Source: Scyliorhinus canicula
Lineage: Eukaryota
Direction: 5' to 3'
DNA: 64,000 nt
Assembly (NCBI RefSeq): GCF_902713615.1
Contig: NC_052157.1
Span: forward strand, 61,530,146 to 61,594,145
Each line of letters opens with the position of its first letter. The stretch's first letter is position 1. Under the pieces are notes generated by a model that saw nothing but the letters and a program-made list of their open reading frames with translations, was not told where the DNA came from and did not search any database. The position numbers were made by a program, and so were the translations under genes. Shown one piece after another: positions 23,003 to 35,096 of this stretch.

Positions 23003-26000
23003 TGAGCACAGTGAATCACTCTGTACACAGTGCATTACGGTGTGCACAGTGCATTACGGTGTGCACAGTGAATGACTGTGTGCACAGTGCATCACGGTGA
23101 GCACAGTGAATCACTCTGTACACAGTGCATTACGGTGTGCACAGTGAATCACTGTGTGCACAGTGCATTACGGTGAGCACAGTGAATCACTCTGTACACA
23201 GTGCATTACGGTGTGCACAGTGAATGACTGTGTGCACAGTGCATCACGGTGAGCACAGTGAATCACTCTGCACAGTGCATTACGGTGAGCACAGTGAATG
23301 ACTGTGTGCACAGTGCATTACGGTGTGCACAGTGCATTACGGTGTGCACAGTGCATTACCGTGTGCACAGTGAATCACTGTGTGCACAGTGCATTACGGT
23401 GAGCACAGTGAATCACTGTGTGCACAGTGCATTACGGTGTGCACAGTGAATGACTGTGTGCACAGTGCATTACGGTGTGCACAGTGAATCACTGTGTGCA
23501 CAGTGCATTACGGTGTGCACAGTGCATTACGGTGAGCACAGTGAATCACTGTGTGCACAGTGCATTACGGTGTGCACAGTGAATGACTGTGTGCACAGTG
23601 CATTACGGTGTGCACAGTGCATTACGGTGTGCATAGTGAATGACTGTGTGCACAGTGCATTACGGTGTGCACAGTGAATCACTGTGTGCACAGTGAATCA
23701 CTGTGTGCACAGTGCATTACGGTGTGCACAGTCACAGTGCATTAAGGTGTTAACAGTGAATCACTGTATGCACAGTGCATTACGGTGTGCACAGTGAATC
23801 ACTGTGTGCACAGTGCATTACGGTGTGCACAGTGAATCACTGTGTGCACAGTGCATTACGGTGTGCACAGTGAATGACTGTGTGCACAGTGCATTACGGT
23901 GTGCACAGTGAATCACTGTGTGCACAGTGCATTACGGTGTGCACAGTGAATCACTGTGTGCACAGTGCATTACGGTGTGCACAGTGAATGACTGTGTGCA
24001 CAGTGCATTACGGTGTGCACAGTGAATCACTGTGTGCACAGTGCATTACGGTGTGCACAGTGAATCACTGTGTGCACAGTGCATTACGGTGTGCACAGTG
24101 AATGACTGTGTGCACAGTGCATTACGGTGTGCACAGTGAATCACTGTGTGCACAGTGCATTACGGTGTGCACAGTGAATCACTGTATGCACAGTGCATTA
24201 CGGTGTGCACAGTGAATCACTGTGTGCACAGTGCATTACGGTGTGCACAGTGAATCACTCTGTGCACAGTGCATTACGGTGAGCACAGTGAATCACTGTG
24301 TGCACAGTGTATTACGGTGTGCACAGTGAATCACTGTGTGCACAGTGCATCACGGTGAGCACAGTGAATCACTCTGCACAGTGCATTACGGTGAGCACAG
24401 TGAATGACTGTGTGCACAGTGCATTACGGTGTGCACAGTGCATTACGGTGTGCACAGTGCATTACCGTGTGCACAGTGAATCACTGTGTGCACAGTGCAT
24501 TACGGTGAGCACAGTGAATCACTGTGTGCACAGTGCATTACGGTGTGCACAGTGAATGACTGTGTGCACAGTGCATTACGGTGTGCACAGTGAATCACTG
24601 TGTGCACAGTGCATTACGGTGTGCACAGTGCATTACGGTGAGCACAGTGAATCACTGTGTGCACAGTGCATTACGGTGTGCACAGTGAATGACTGTGTGC
24701 ACAGTGCATTACGGTGTGCACAGTGCATTACGGTGTGCATAGTGAATGACTGTGTGCACAGTGCATTACGGTGTGCACAGTGAATCACTGTGTGCACAGT
24801 GAATCACTGTGTGCACAGTGCATTACGGTGTGCACAGTCACAGTGCATTAAGGTGTTAACAGTGAATCACTGTATGCACAGTGCATTACGGTGTGCACAG
24901 TGAATCACTGTGTGCACAGTGCATTACGGTGTGCACAGTGAATCACTGTGTGCACAGTGCATTACGGTGTGCACAGTGAATGACTGTGTGCACAGTGCAT
25001 TACGGTGTGCACAGTGAATCACTGTGTGCACAGTGCATTACGGTGTGCACAGTGAATCACTGTGTGCACAGTGCATTACGGTGTGCACAGTGAATGACTG
25101 TGTGCACAGTGCATTACGGTGTGCACAGTGAATGACTGTGTGCACAGTGCATTACGGTGTGCACAGTGAATCACTGTATGCACAGTGCATTACGGTGTGC
25201 ACAGTGAATCACTGTGTGCACAGTGCATTACGGTGTGCACAGTGAATCACTCTGTGCACAGTGCATTACGGTGAGCACAGTGAATCACTGTGTGCACAGT
25301 GTATTACGGTGTGCACAGTGAATCACTGTGTGCACAGTGCATTACGGTGTGCACAGTGAATCACTGTGTGCACAGTGCATTACGGTGTGCACAGTGCATT
25401 ACGGTGTGCACAGTGAATCACTGTGTGCACAGTGCATTACGGTGTGCACAGTGAATGACTGTGTGCACAGTGCATCACGGTGTGCACAGTGCATTACGGT
25501 GTGCACAGTGAATCACTGTGTGCACAGTGCATTACGGTGTGCACAGTGAATGACTGTGTGCACAGTGCATTACGGTGAGCACAGTGAATGACTGTGTGCA
25601 CAGTGCATTACGGTGTGCACAGTGCATTACGGTGTGCACAGTGCATTACCGTGTGCACAGTGAATCACTGTGTGCACAGTGCATTACGGTGAGCACAGTG
25701 AATCACTGTGTGCACAGTGCATTACGGTGTGCACAGTGAATGACTGTGTGCACAGTGCATTACGGTGTGCACAGTGAATCACTGTGTGCACAGTGCATTA
25801 CGGTGTGCACAGTGCATTACGGTGAGCACAGTGAATCACTGTGTGCACAGTGCATTACGGTGTGCACAGTGAATGACTGTGTGCACAGTGCATTACGGTG
25901 TGCACAGTGCATTACGGTGTGCATAGTGAATGACTGTGTGCACAGTGCATTACGGTGTGCACAGTGAATCACTGTGTGCACAGTGAATCACTGTGTGCAC

Positions 26001-27985
26001 AGTGCATTACGGTGTGCACAGTCACAGTGCATTAAGGTGTTAACAGTGAATCACTGTATGCACAGTGCATTACGGTGTGCACAGTGAATCACTGTGTGCA
26101 CAGTGCATTACGGTGTGCACAGTGAATCACTGTGTGCACAGTGCATTACGGTGTGCACAGTGAATGACTGTGTGCACAGTGCATTACGGTGTGCACAGTG
26201 AATCACTGTGTGCACAGTGCATTACGGTGTGCACAGTGAATCACTGTGTGCACAGTGCATTACGGTGTGCACAGTGAATGACTGTGTGCACAGTGCATTA
26301 CGGTGTGCACAGTGAATCACTGTGTGCACAGTGCATTACGGTGTGCACAGTGAATCACTGTATGCACAGTGCATTACGGTGTGCACAGTGAATCACTGTG
26401 TGCACAGTGCATTACGGTGTGCACAGTGAATCACTCTGTGCACAGTGCATTACGGTGAGCACAGTGAATCACTGTGTGCACAGTGTATTACGGTGTGCAC
26501 AGTGAATCACTGTGTGCACAGTGCATCACGGTGAGCACAGTGAATCACTCTGCACAGTGCATTACGGTGAGCACAGTGAATGACTGTGTGCACAGTGCAT
26601 TACGGTGTGCACAGTGCATTACGGTGTGCACAGTGCATTACCGTGTGCACAGTGAATCACTGTGTGCACAGTGCATTACGGTGAGCACAGTGAATCACTG
26701 TGTGCACAGTGCATTACGGTGTGCACAGTGAATGACTGTGTGCACAGTGCATTACGGTGTGCACAGTGAATCACTGTGTGCACAGTGCATTACGGTGTGC
26801 ACAGTGCATTACGGTGAGCACAGTGAATCACTGTGTGCACAGTGCATTACGGTGTGCACAGTGAATGACTGTGTGCACAGTGCATTACGGTGTGCACAGT
26901 GCATTACGGTGTGCATAGTGAATGACTGTGTGCACAGTGCATTACGGTGTGCACAGTGAATCACTGTGTGCACAGTGAATCACTGTGTGCACAGTGCATT
27001 ACGGTGTGCACAGTCACAGTGCATTAAGGTGTTAACAGTGAATCACTGTATGCACAGTGCATTACGGTGTGCACAGTGAATCACTGTGTGCACAGTGCAT
27101 TACGGTGTGCACAGTGAATCACTGTGTGCACAGTGCATTACGGTGTGCACAGTGAATGACTGTGTGCACAGTGCATTACGGTGAGCACAGTGAATCACTG
27201 TGTGCACAGTGCATTACGGTGTGCACAGTGAATCACTGTGTGCACAGTGCATTACGGTGTGCACAGTGAATGACTGTGTGCACAGTGCATTACGGTGTGC
27301 ACAGTGAATCACTGTGTGCACAGTGCATTACGGTGTGCACAGTGAATCACTGTATGCACAGTGCATTACGGTGTGCACAGTGAATCACTGTGTGCACAGT
27401 GCATTACGGTGTGCACAGTGAATCACTCTGTGCACAGTGCATTACGGTGAGCACAGTGAATCACTGTGTGCACAGTGTATTACGGTGTGCACAGTGAATC
27501 ACTGTGTGCACAGTGCATTACGGTGTGCACAGTGAATCACTGTGTGCACAGTGCATTACGGTGTGCACAGTGAATGACTGTGTGCACAGTGCATTACGGT
27601 GTGCACAGTGCATTACGGTGTGCACAGTGCATTACGGTGTGCACAGTGAATCACTGTGTGCACAGTGCATTACGGTGTGCACAGTGAATCACTGTGTGCA
27701 CAGTGCATTACGGTGTGCACAGTGAATCACTGTGTGCACAGTGCATTACGGTGTGCACAGTGCATTACGGTGTGCACAGTGAATCACTGTGTGCACAGTG
27801 CATTACGGTGTGCACAGTGAATCACTGTGTGCACAGTGCATTACGGTGTGCACAGTGCATTACGGTGTGCACAGTGAATCACGGTGTGCACAGTGCATTA
27901 CGGTGAGCACAGTGAATCACTGTGTGCACAGTGCATTACGGTGTGCACAGTGAATCACTGTGTGCACAGTGCATTACGGTGTGCA
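23003..27985. repeat. About 5-kb satellite of two related 19-mers (gtgcacagtgaatcactgt / gtgcacagtgcattacggt) with 1.0-1.2 kb higher-order repeats
   Basis: Direct reading. The rare variant gtcacagtgcattaaggtgttaac recurs at 23731, 24837, 26021 and 27013 (spacings 1106, 1184, 992). Confidence 0.97.
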
Positions 27986-28600
27986 GTGTATGAGGATTCA
28001 GATGAAATCCCAGTGGAATATGACAAACGAGGCACAGCGACGGAACTGCCAGCGAGCATTCCTCAATTCTGGTTAACAGTCTTGAAGAACGTGAATAGAC
28101 TCAATGGCATGATATGAGGATATGATGAACCCGTATTAAAGCATCTGTGAGATGTGAGTGTTAAATGGACAGAGATTGACAAGCCATGGAGCTTCACTCA
28201 CGACTCACGACCACTGAAATCATGTGTGGATGAGCCGCAGATCATCGGCTGCATTGGCTGCACAATTGATTGGAGAGGGGGAAAACATGTAGCAGTACAA
28301 ACAATTCAAACAAAACCAAAATACAGAGGTCGGACCGATCCATGAACCATGACCGATCCATGAACAGTGACAAGACCCATATCCAAGGAATCGTTCTTCA
28401 ACTTCTTTGGCGGTCAAATAAAAGGCTGATTTTGAATTTGGCGCAGTTTCAAAAACAATTAATTCCGTATGCAAAGTCATGTTTTTCAGGTGAAAAGACT
28501 GACGATGATACTGAATCCAAGGCCGACTACTATGAAAATCTGTTTGAGATTACTGACGATGGTGAAGGTGAGACGGATGAGGAACACTATGAGCTGCTTG
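27986..28600 (+). pseudogene. Divergent intronless nucleosome assembly protein 1 (NAP1/NAP1L)-like domain, disrupted
   Basis: IPQFWLTVLKNV...YDEPVLKHL, IIGCIGCTIDWRGGKHV, SKESFFNFF, ADFEFG...LIPYAKSCFSGE plus an acidic tract. These match the NAP1-family motifs IPEFWLT, GCTGCQIDWKKGK, SFFNFF, ADFEIG...YFTGE. Stops, frameshifts and an internal deletion are present. Confidence 0.88.
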
Positions 28601-28693
28601 TACAAGCCTTCTCCAGCGGCACAGATGAGGCTCCAGTGGCACGGCTCCAGTGGTCGGCAAGCAATGACAAGGTGGTCACAGGGAACATACAGG

Positions 28694-30409
28694 GTGACAT
28701 TCTTAATGAGTACTTTGCATCGGTATTCACCAAGGATAGGGACAAGACGGATGTTGAGGCTAGGGATGGATGTTTAAATACCCTTGGTCAAGTTGTCATA
28801 CGGAAGGGGGAAGTTTTGGGTATTCTAAAAGACATTAAGGTGGACAAGTCCCCAGGACCGGATGGGATCTATCCCAGGTTTCTGAGGGAAGCGAGGGTCG
28901 AAATAGCTGGGGCCTTAACAGATATCTTTGCAGCATCCTTGAGCACGGGTGAGGTCCTGGAGGACTGGAGAATTGCTAATGTTGTCCCTTTGTTTAAGAA
29001 GGGTAGCAGGGATAATCGAGGGAATTATAGACCTGTGAGCTTGACGTCAGTGGTAGGCAAACTGTTGGAGAAGATACTGAGGGATAGGATCTATTCACAT
29101 CTGGAAGAAAATAGACTTATCAGTGATAGGCGGCATGGTTTTGTGCAGGGAAGGTCATGTCTTACAAACCTAATAGAATTCTTTGAGGAAGTGACAAAGT
29201 TAATTGATGAGGGAAGGGCTGTAGATGTCGTATACATGGACTTTAGTAAGGCGTTTGATAAGGTTTCCCATGGCAGGTTGATGGAAAAAGTGAAGTCGTA
29301 TGGGGTTCAGGGTGTACTAGCTAGATGGATAAAGAACTGGCTGGGCAACAGGAGACAGAGAGTAGTGGTGGAAGGGAGCGTCTCAAAATGGAGAAGGGTG
29401 ATTAGTGGTGTTCCACAGGGATCCGTGCTCGGACCACTGTTGTTTGTGATCTACATAAATAACCTGGAGGAAGGTATAGGTGGTCTGATTAGCAAGTTTG
29501 CAGATGATACTAAGATTGGTGGAGTTGCAGATAGCGAGGAGGACTGTCAGAGAATACAACAAAATATAGATAGATTGGAGAGTTGGGCAGATAAATGGCA
29601 GATGGAGTTCAACCCAGGCAAATGCGAGGTGATGCATTTTGGAAGATCAAATTCAAGAGCGGACTATATGGTCAATGGAAGGGTCTTGGGGAAAATTGCT
29701 GTGCAGAGAGATCTGGGAGTTCAGGTCCATTGTACCCTGAAGGTGGCAACGCAGGTTGATAGAGTGGTCAAGAAGGCATACAGCATGCTTGCCTTCATCG
29801 GACGGGGTATTGAGTACAAGAGTTGGCAGGTCATGTTACAGTTGTATAGGACTTTGGTTCGGCCACATTTGGAATACTGCATGCAGTTCTGGTCGCCACA
29901 TTACCAGAAGGATGTGGATGCCTTGGGTGCAGAGGAGGTTCACCAGGATGTTGCCTGGTATGGAGGGTGCTAGCTATGAAGAAAGGTTGAGTAGATTAGG
30001 ATTGTTTTCATTGGAAAGACGGAGGTTGAGGGGGGACCTGATTGAAGTCTACAAAATTATGAAAGGTATGGACAGGGTGGATAGCAACAAGCTTTTCCCA
30101 AGAGTGGGGGTGTCAGTTACAAGGGGTCACGATTTCAAAGTGAGAGGGGGAAAGTTTAAGGGAGATGTGCGTGGAAAGTTTTTTACGCAGAGGGTGGTGG
30201 GTGCCTGGAACGCTTTACCAGCGGAGGTGGTTGAGGCGGGCACGATAGCATCATTTAAGAGGCATCTAGACAGGTATATGAATGGGCGGGAACAGAGGGA
30301 AGTAGACCTTGGAAAATAGGAGACAGGTTTAGATAAAGGATCTGGATCGACGCAGGCTGGGAGGGCCGAAGGGCCTGTTCCTGTGCTGTAATTTTCTTTG
30401 TTCTTTGTA
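28694..30409 (+). mobile_element. 5'-truncated CR1 (HER1-like) LINE
   Basis: RT motifs YRPVSLTSVVGKLLE, MDFSKAFDKV, VPQGSVLGP, FADD. One frameshift near 29930. 3' tail ttttctttgttcttt. Short atac duplication at the ends. Confidence 0.92.
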
Positions 30410-31700
30410 TACCAGACCCCGCTGGACTCTGTGGAGTGTGGGAGTTTGGAGATGGCGAGCTCTACGATGTCTCCCTGCTAGCTCCCAGCAAAATGGAGAA
30501 TCTGTGGCCATTTGACGCCAGTTTCCCTGGTGTGAAAGACCACAGTTTTCACAACGGTGTGGGGACTTAGACCCAAAACCGGAGAATCCAGCCCCACATA
30601 CCTCTGAGGGCAGCATTTCCAAGATCGGTACAATTTCTTGCGCCTTTGGTTCCCTTAATAGCCGATCTTCAGCAGTATCAACAGCCTTGAATTCTACATG
30701 CGACATCTCCAAACTCTCGCTCTCCACAGAATCCAGCGCGGTCTGGGCGTCCCCCGTGACCACTTCGTCATTGCTGCCAGAACACTGGAGCCTCATCCGT
30801 GCTGTTGGAGAAAATCGGGAATTCAGCCGGATTTCGGGGGGGGGGGCAAAGAATTTTAAAACCGGCGCCGCTCCCGATTTCGGCACCAAAAGGATTCTCT
30901 TTGGGGAATCCAGCCCCAATGTCCCGCCACGAGTCCTTGAAACAGCTCCAGTAATTTACTCCCAGGCAGTCTGCTTGGGAGTAAATGACGAGTGGGAGGA
31001 TATAGATGAAGATGCTGATTGCAGCGTTGTGGAGGTTGCAATATGAGGCGACTCTGACACTGACTCCGAGAATGGCCTAATGACCATCTCATTATGCAGC
31101 TCCTTGGACCACTGACACATTTGCGAGTTCGATCTGGAAGACCCAGGGCTTGGATCAGCTAAGCCAGACACTATAGTCATCTGCAGTGATGACAAGCAAG
31201 TCACCAATGCTCCGTTTCTGCACTAGTAACCAAGGTGATCCAGCATGTTGATGGGGCCGCAGAAATGGGCGTTCTCACACCAAACAGAGATCCAGAAATG
31301 CCGAGACCTCTTCGGATACCTCACCACATGACAACAGCCAGTGCCACACCAGAGGCTGTTACAAAGAAGACAACCAAGAGACACACTAGAATACTTCAAC
31401 GTGTCCAGAAAGTGAAAAAGTAAAGGAAAAGACTGGGATGACCACCGCATCCCGCCAGCCAACCAGTATCAAAAGTACTGGCAGGTAACAAGCAGCAATA
31501 TGCCAGAAAACGAAAGAGAAAGTGACTGGTAACGCAAATCTAGCAGTCTTGGACACAGGCCTTTCAAAATCACAGGGCGAAGCGCAAGAAAAGCAAGCAA
31601 CCGATAAGCAAGCCAGATTCTGCGGAGGTGGGAACCAACTTGAAACAATGGCATCTACGTAGAATGCAAATGGACACTTTTGTAAAAACTTGTTCACTGT
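30410..31700 (+). pseudogene. Decayed low-complexity coding tail of the Gypsy element, with two MITE ends and an inverted segment
   Basis: Acidic DEWEDIDEDAD, TIVICSDD and basic ARKRKRK*LVTQ segments. ggagaatccagcccc MITE ends at about 30596 and 30918. Confidence 0.55.
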
Positions 31701-33690
31701 ACCAGCTACATACCAGATCTGTATAAAATGTAATGTGTAATGTTGCCTGTAAAAATAATTTAATATAAATGTTAGGTGGATTGGCCATGCTAAATTGCCC
31801 GTAGTGTCCTAAAAAGTAAGGTTAAGGGGGGGGTTTGTTGGGTTACGGGTATAGGGTGGATACGTGGGTTTGGGTAGGGTGATCATTGCTCGGCACAACA
31901 TCGAGGGCCGAAGGGCCTGTTCTGTGCTGTACTGTTCTATGTTCTATGTTCTATGTTTTGTGAGGAAGTAGGAATGTGGTGATATGCCTACGGGCAATAT
32001 CATAGTTGGAAGGTGTGTGGCCTTTAACCAGCAGGTGGCGGTACAGACACACCATGCAGTCTATAGACCAAGGTCACGTGACCTGGGACCCAGATATAAA
32101 GGGAGGTACATCTGGCCACTTTCAGAAGAAGTTTGAGAGGTTAACAAGACATACACCTAGCACTGACCAATTACATGTAAGTTCCAGAGGAGTAGCAAGA
32201 CTCCATGATAATGTGCTTTGAATCAGATTGCCATCTTACCACACGAAGCACAATAAAAGGATTCTGATTTGGACATATCAAAGTGTTTGGTGAATTACTT
32301 CATAAAGTACAAGGGGCCAAACACAACACCGCCTTCTTCCCTGAAGGCTCCTGACTAGATTCACCAACCTCAGGCCTGACAGTAGAAGGTTGAAAGTCCT
32401 ATTTGCACTGATTGCCTGCTTGCCAAGTCTCTCAAACGACATCACAGATTCTGCCACAGTAGCCAAAGGGGATGTTTTCGGACCAGCCCATCTGAAAGGG
32501 GGTTTGTCCCAGTGTCCAAAGTCTACAATTTAAACAGAAACCCCAAAGGCTGCAGTAACTTAGCAGCAGCCAGCCCCGAAGAATGTATATCACAACAGGC
32601 AGCAGGATGGGCATGAAAAGAGAACACAGGACAGACAGATAATATCCAAACATTATGCTCTGAGAAGGAACAATTCTGTCTAATTCCACCTTCCAGCTCT
32701 TGGTCTGCAGTCCTATAGGTAACAGCACCTCAAGCACAAATTTGGTGTTCTTGACTAATAAGCAAATTTCTTGATTAATGAGGGGATCAGGGGTTATGGG
32801 GAGAAGGCAGGAGAATGGGGATGAGAAAAATATCAGCCATGATCGAATGGTGGAGCAGACTCGATGGGCCGAATGGTGTAATTCTTCTCCTGTCTTATGG
32901 TCCTTCTATCTCTGTATATCTGTTCACATGTGTCTTGTCTAAATAAGTGAACCCACAACATATTTACACAATCCCTGATGAGTGACTGATGCCCTTATAT
33001 CATTATAAAAACACAAGATAATGTTAAGCGGTTGTCAAACATCCTGGCAGTAAGATTCAGTACAAGTACGACATGGTGAACAGCCTTAGATCATGCTACA
33101 TGGTATGAGACCACACTTGATATTTTTCTCAGACCACAACAGAGTCGCAGTGTCAGAGAGTGTTGAAATCGTAGCCTGCTGATTGGGCAGGAAATCTTTG
33201 AAAATAGAAACATGGACAGGAAGCGATTGGCAATTTAAAACATGACAGTGATGTACACAATGAGGTGACGAGTGTTGATTAATATTTCACTTTACACAAA
33301 TGTCCTGAAATTAATTGAGTACTATAACCCATAATGATCTCTCGAGGCACTTCAAAGTAACAAAAAATATCAGAGTTTGTTCAACGGTTGTGCTTCACAG
33401 TTATGATGCAATTGTTGAAAAATTTCACATTTCAAACTGTTGATCTCATGGAACACGTAGATACAGTCACACCTTCCGAAGTGTTAGCCAAGATTGGTAT
33501 TATCTGCCCTCAGACAGCTGACAAGTTCTGGTCATTGGCCACGATCGACGCAGGGAAAGAGCTAACACATAACTCCTGTGAATTCTAAAAGACATGGAAG
33601 GCCATGACAAAACCGACTGCTGTGAAACTTTCATTGTGCAATGGTTCACTGATTCCATTTGCACGTTCCACAGTCCTGGATTGCAAGTAT

Positions 33691-34260
33691 TGTTATGGGC
33701 CAGGGTTTAGAGAACTCCAAAGTATATTATGGAGATCACCTGACCAACGATTTTTACTAGATTATGGTATGGGGAGCACACAGCCCACTCTCCAGGTGTG
33801 GTGCAACAGAAATCTAAAAGTATTTTTTTAAAGCAAAACAATGTTTATTCTATGAACTCAGTTAACCTTTTTAAAACATACAGTGACCATCAAATCAAAT
33901 ACAACCCCCACAGAGTACAACACTCTAAGTAATCCATAAACTTTCCTTTTAACATCCAGAAGACAAAAACCCTTTTTACAGAAACACATCAGGTTTAAAT
34001 TCTCTACTGAGAGCTGTTATCACTCTGAATTCACTAAATGATCTAGAGATAGTCTTTAGATGGCAGGGAGATCAAAATTACACCTGTTTTGGCTGGCTGC
34101 AGCTCCAACACTGAAACGTAACTAAAAAACACAGACACACCCAAGCTTTTCCTCAAAGCAAAACTAAAAAGCAGAGCCAGAGCTCAGCTCCACCCACACT
34201 CTGACATCACTGCAGCCACTTGAGCAGACAAACATTTCTTAAAGTGACATTCCCATGACA
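33691..34260. mobile_element. Solo LTR
   Basis: tgttatg...catgaca termini and a 4-bp TSD gtat (33687-33690, 34261-34264). Confidence 0.85.
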
Positions 34261-34410
34261 GTATTTAGAAACATAGAAAATGGGAGCAGGAGGAGGCCAT
34301 TCAGACCTCGAGCCTGCTGCCATTCATTATGGTGGCTCACCACCTCAATAACCTAATCCCGCTTTCACCCCATATCTTTTGATTCCCTTTGCCTTAAGTG
34401 CTCTATCTTA

Positions 34411-34619
34411 CTGCTTCTTGAAAAGATACAGGGCAGGATTCTCCGTCCCATCACACCTGTTTTCTGATGCGGTGCGTCCCTACCGGCATTGGGATTCTCC
34501 GTCCCAGCAGCCGGCCAATGGGGTTTCTCATTGTGGGCACATCCATGCCGTCGAGAAATTTGTGGGTGTGAGTGATCTGCCGGTGAAACAGAGGATCCCG
34601 CCGATGGAAAATCCAGCCC
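34411..34619. mobile_element. PIF/Harbinger-type MITE in a CR1 fragment
   Basis: Imperfect TIRs gggcaggattctcc / ggaaaatccagccc and a 3-bp TSD aca. A related copy lies at about 51225-51390. Confidence 0.75.
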
Positions 34620-35096
34620 ACAATGTTTTGGCCTCAACTACTTCCTGTGGTAATGAGTTGCACAGGCTCACCATTCTCTGGGTGAAGACATTCCTCCTCA
34701 TCTCTGTCCTAAATGGCCGACCCCCGTATCCTCAGACTGTGACCCCTGGTTCTGGACACACCCAAATCGATCCTGGATCTACCCTGTCTAGTCGTGGTAG
34801 AATTTTGTAGGTTTCTTTGATATTCCCCCCCCCCCCCCCCCCCCCCTCATTCTTCTGACTTCTAGAACCTCTCACTTCATGTCCTTCTGAAACATCCATG
34901 ACTTCATCAGGAATCTGAAGAGTTACTGATAAGGGTCTTTGTGATGACCCTTATGAGGCCTAACGGGAATACATTAATCGATGTCTCGGTGTGACTCGTG
35001 GAATACAAACTGCACTGCTAGTGGGTGGAGGCCCGCACAGGTGGGGCCCGGCCCAGACTGTGACCAGCATTCTGGTAGACCCGACTGGGATATATT

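Larger units (their letters stand above)
21080..32328 (+). mobile_element. Gypsy (Mag/K02A2.6-like) LTR retrotransposon lacking RT/RNaseH/IN and carrying a NAP1-like segment; heavily nested
   Basis: 5' LTR 21080-21429 and 3' LTR 31975-32328 (TG...CA, TATA and AATAAA, roughly 80% identical by eye). 5-bp TSD ccgcc at 21075-21079 and 32329-32333. PBS tggtaccacgagtg resembles the 3' end of tRNA-Leu(UAA). Purine tract gaggaagtaggaa precedes the 3' LTR. Confidence 0.9.
19799..32597. mobile_element. Probable solo LTR (pieces 19799-20270, 20575-21074, 32334-32597) split by a SINE and by the Gypsy element
   Basis: Starts tgttaca and ends cacaaca. Non-coding sequence continues across the CCGCC TSD of the inner Gypsy. 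No matching TSD found for this outer element. Confidence 0.5.

Noticed and set aside
23003-27985. Cys/His-rich ORFs (CAQCITVCTVH...) suggesting metallothionein or zinc-finger proteins; CRISPR-like periodicity
   Set aside because: They are translations of a 19/38-bp satellite. There are no unique spacers, no cas genes, and the context is eukaryotic.
28270-29973. 567-aa ORF fusing the NAP1 acidic tail to a reverse transcriptase
   Set aside because: Chance in-frame junction with a 5'-truncated CR1 insertion. The N-terminal part is out of the NAP1 frame, and the RT is frameshifted near 29930.
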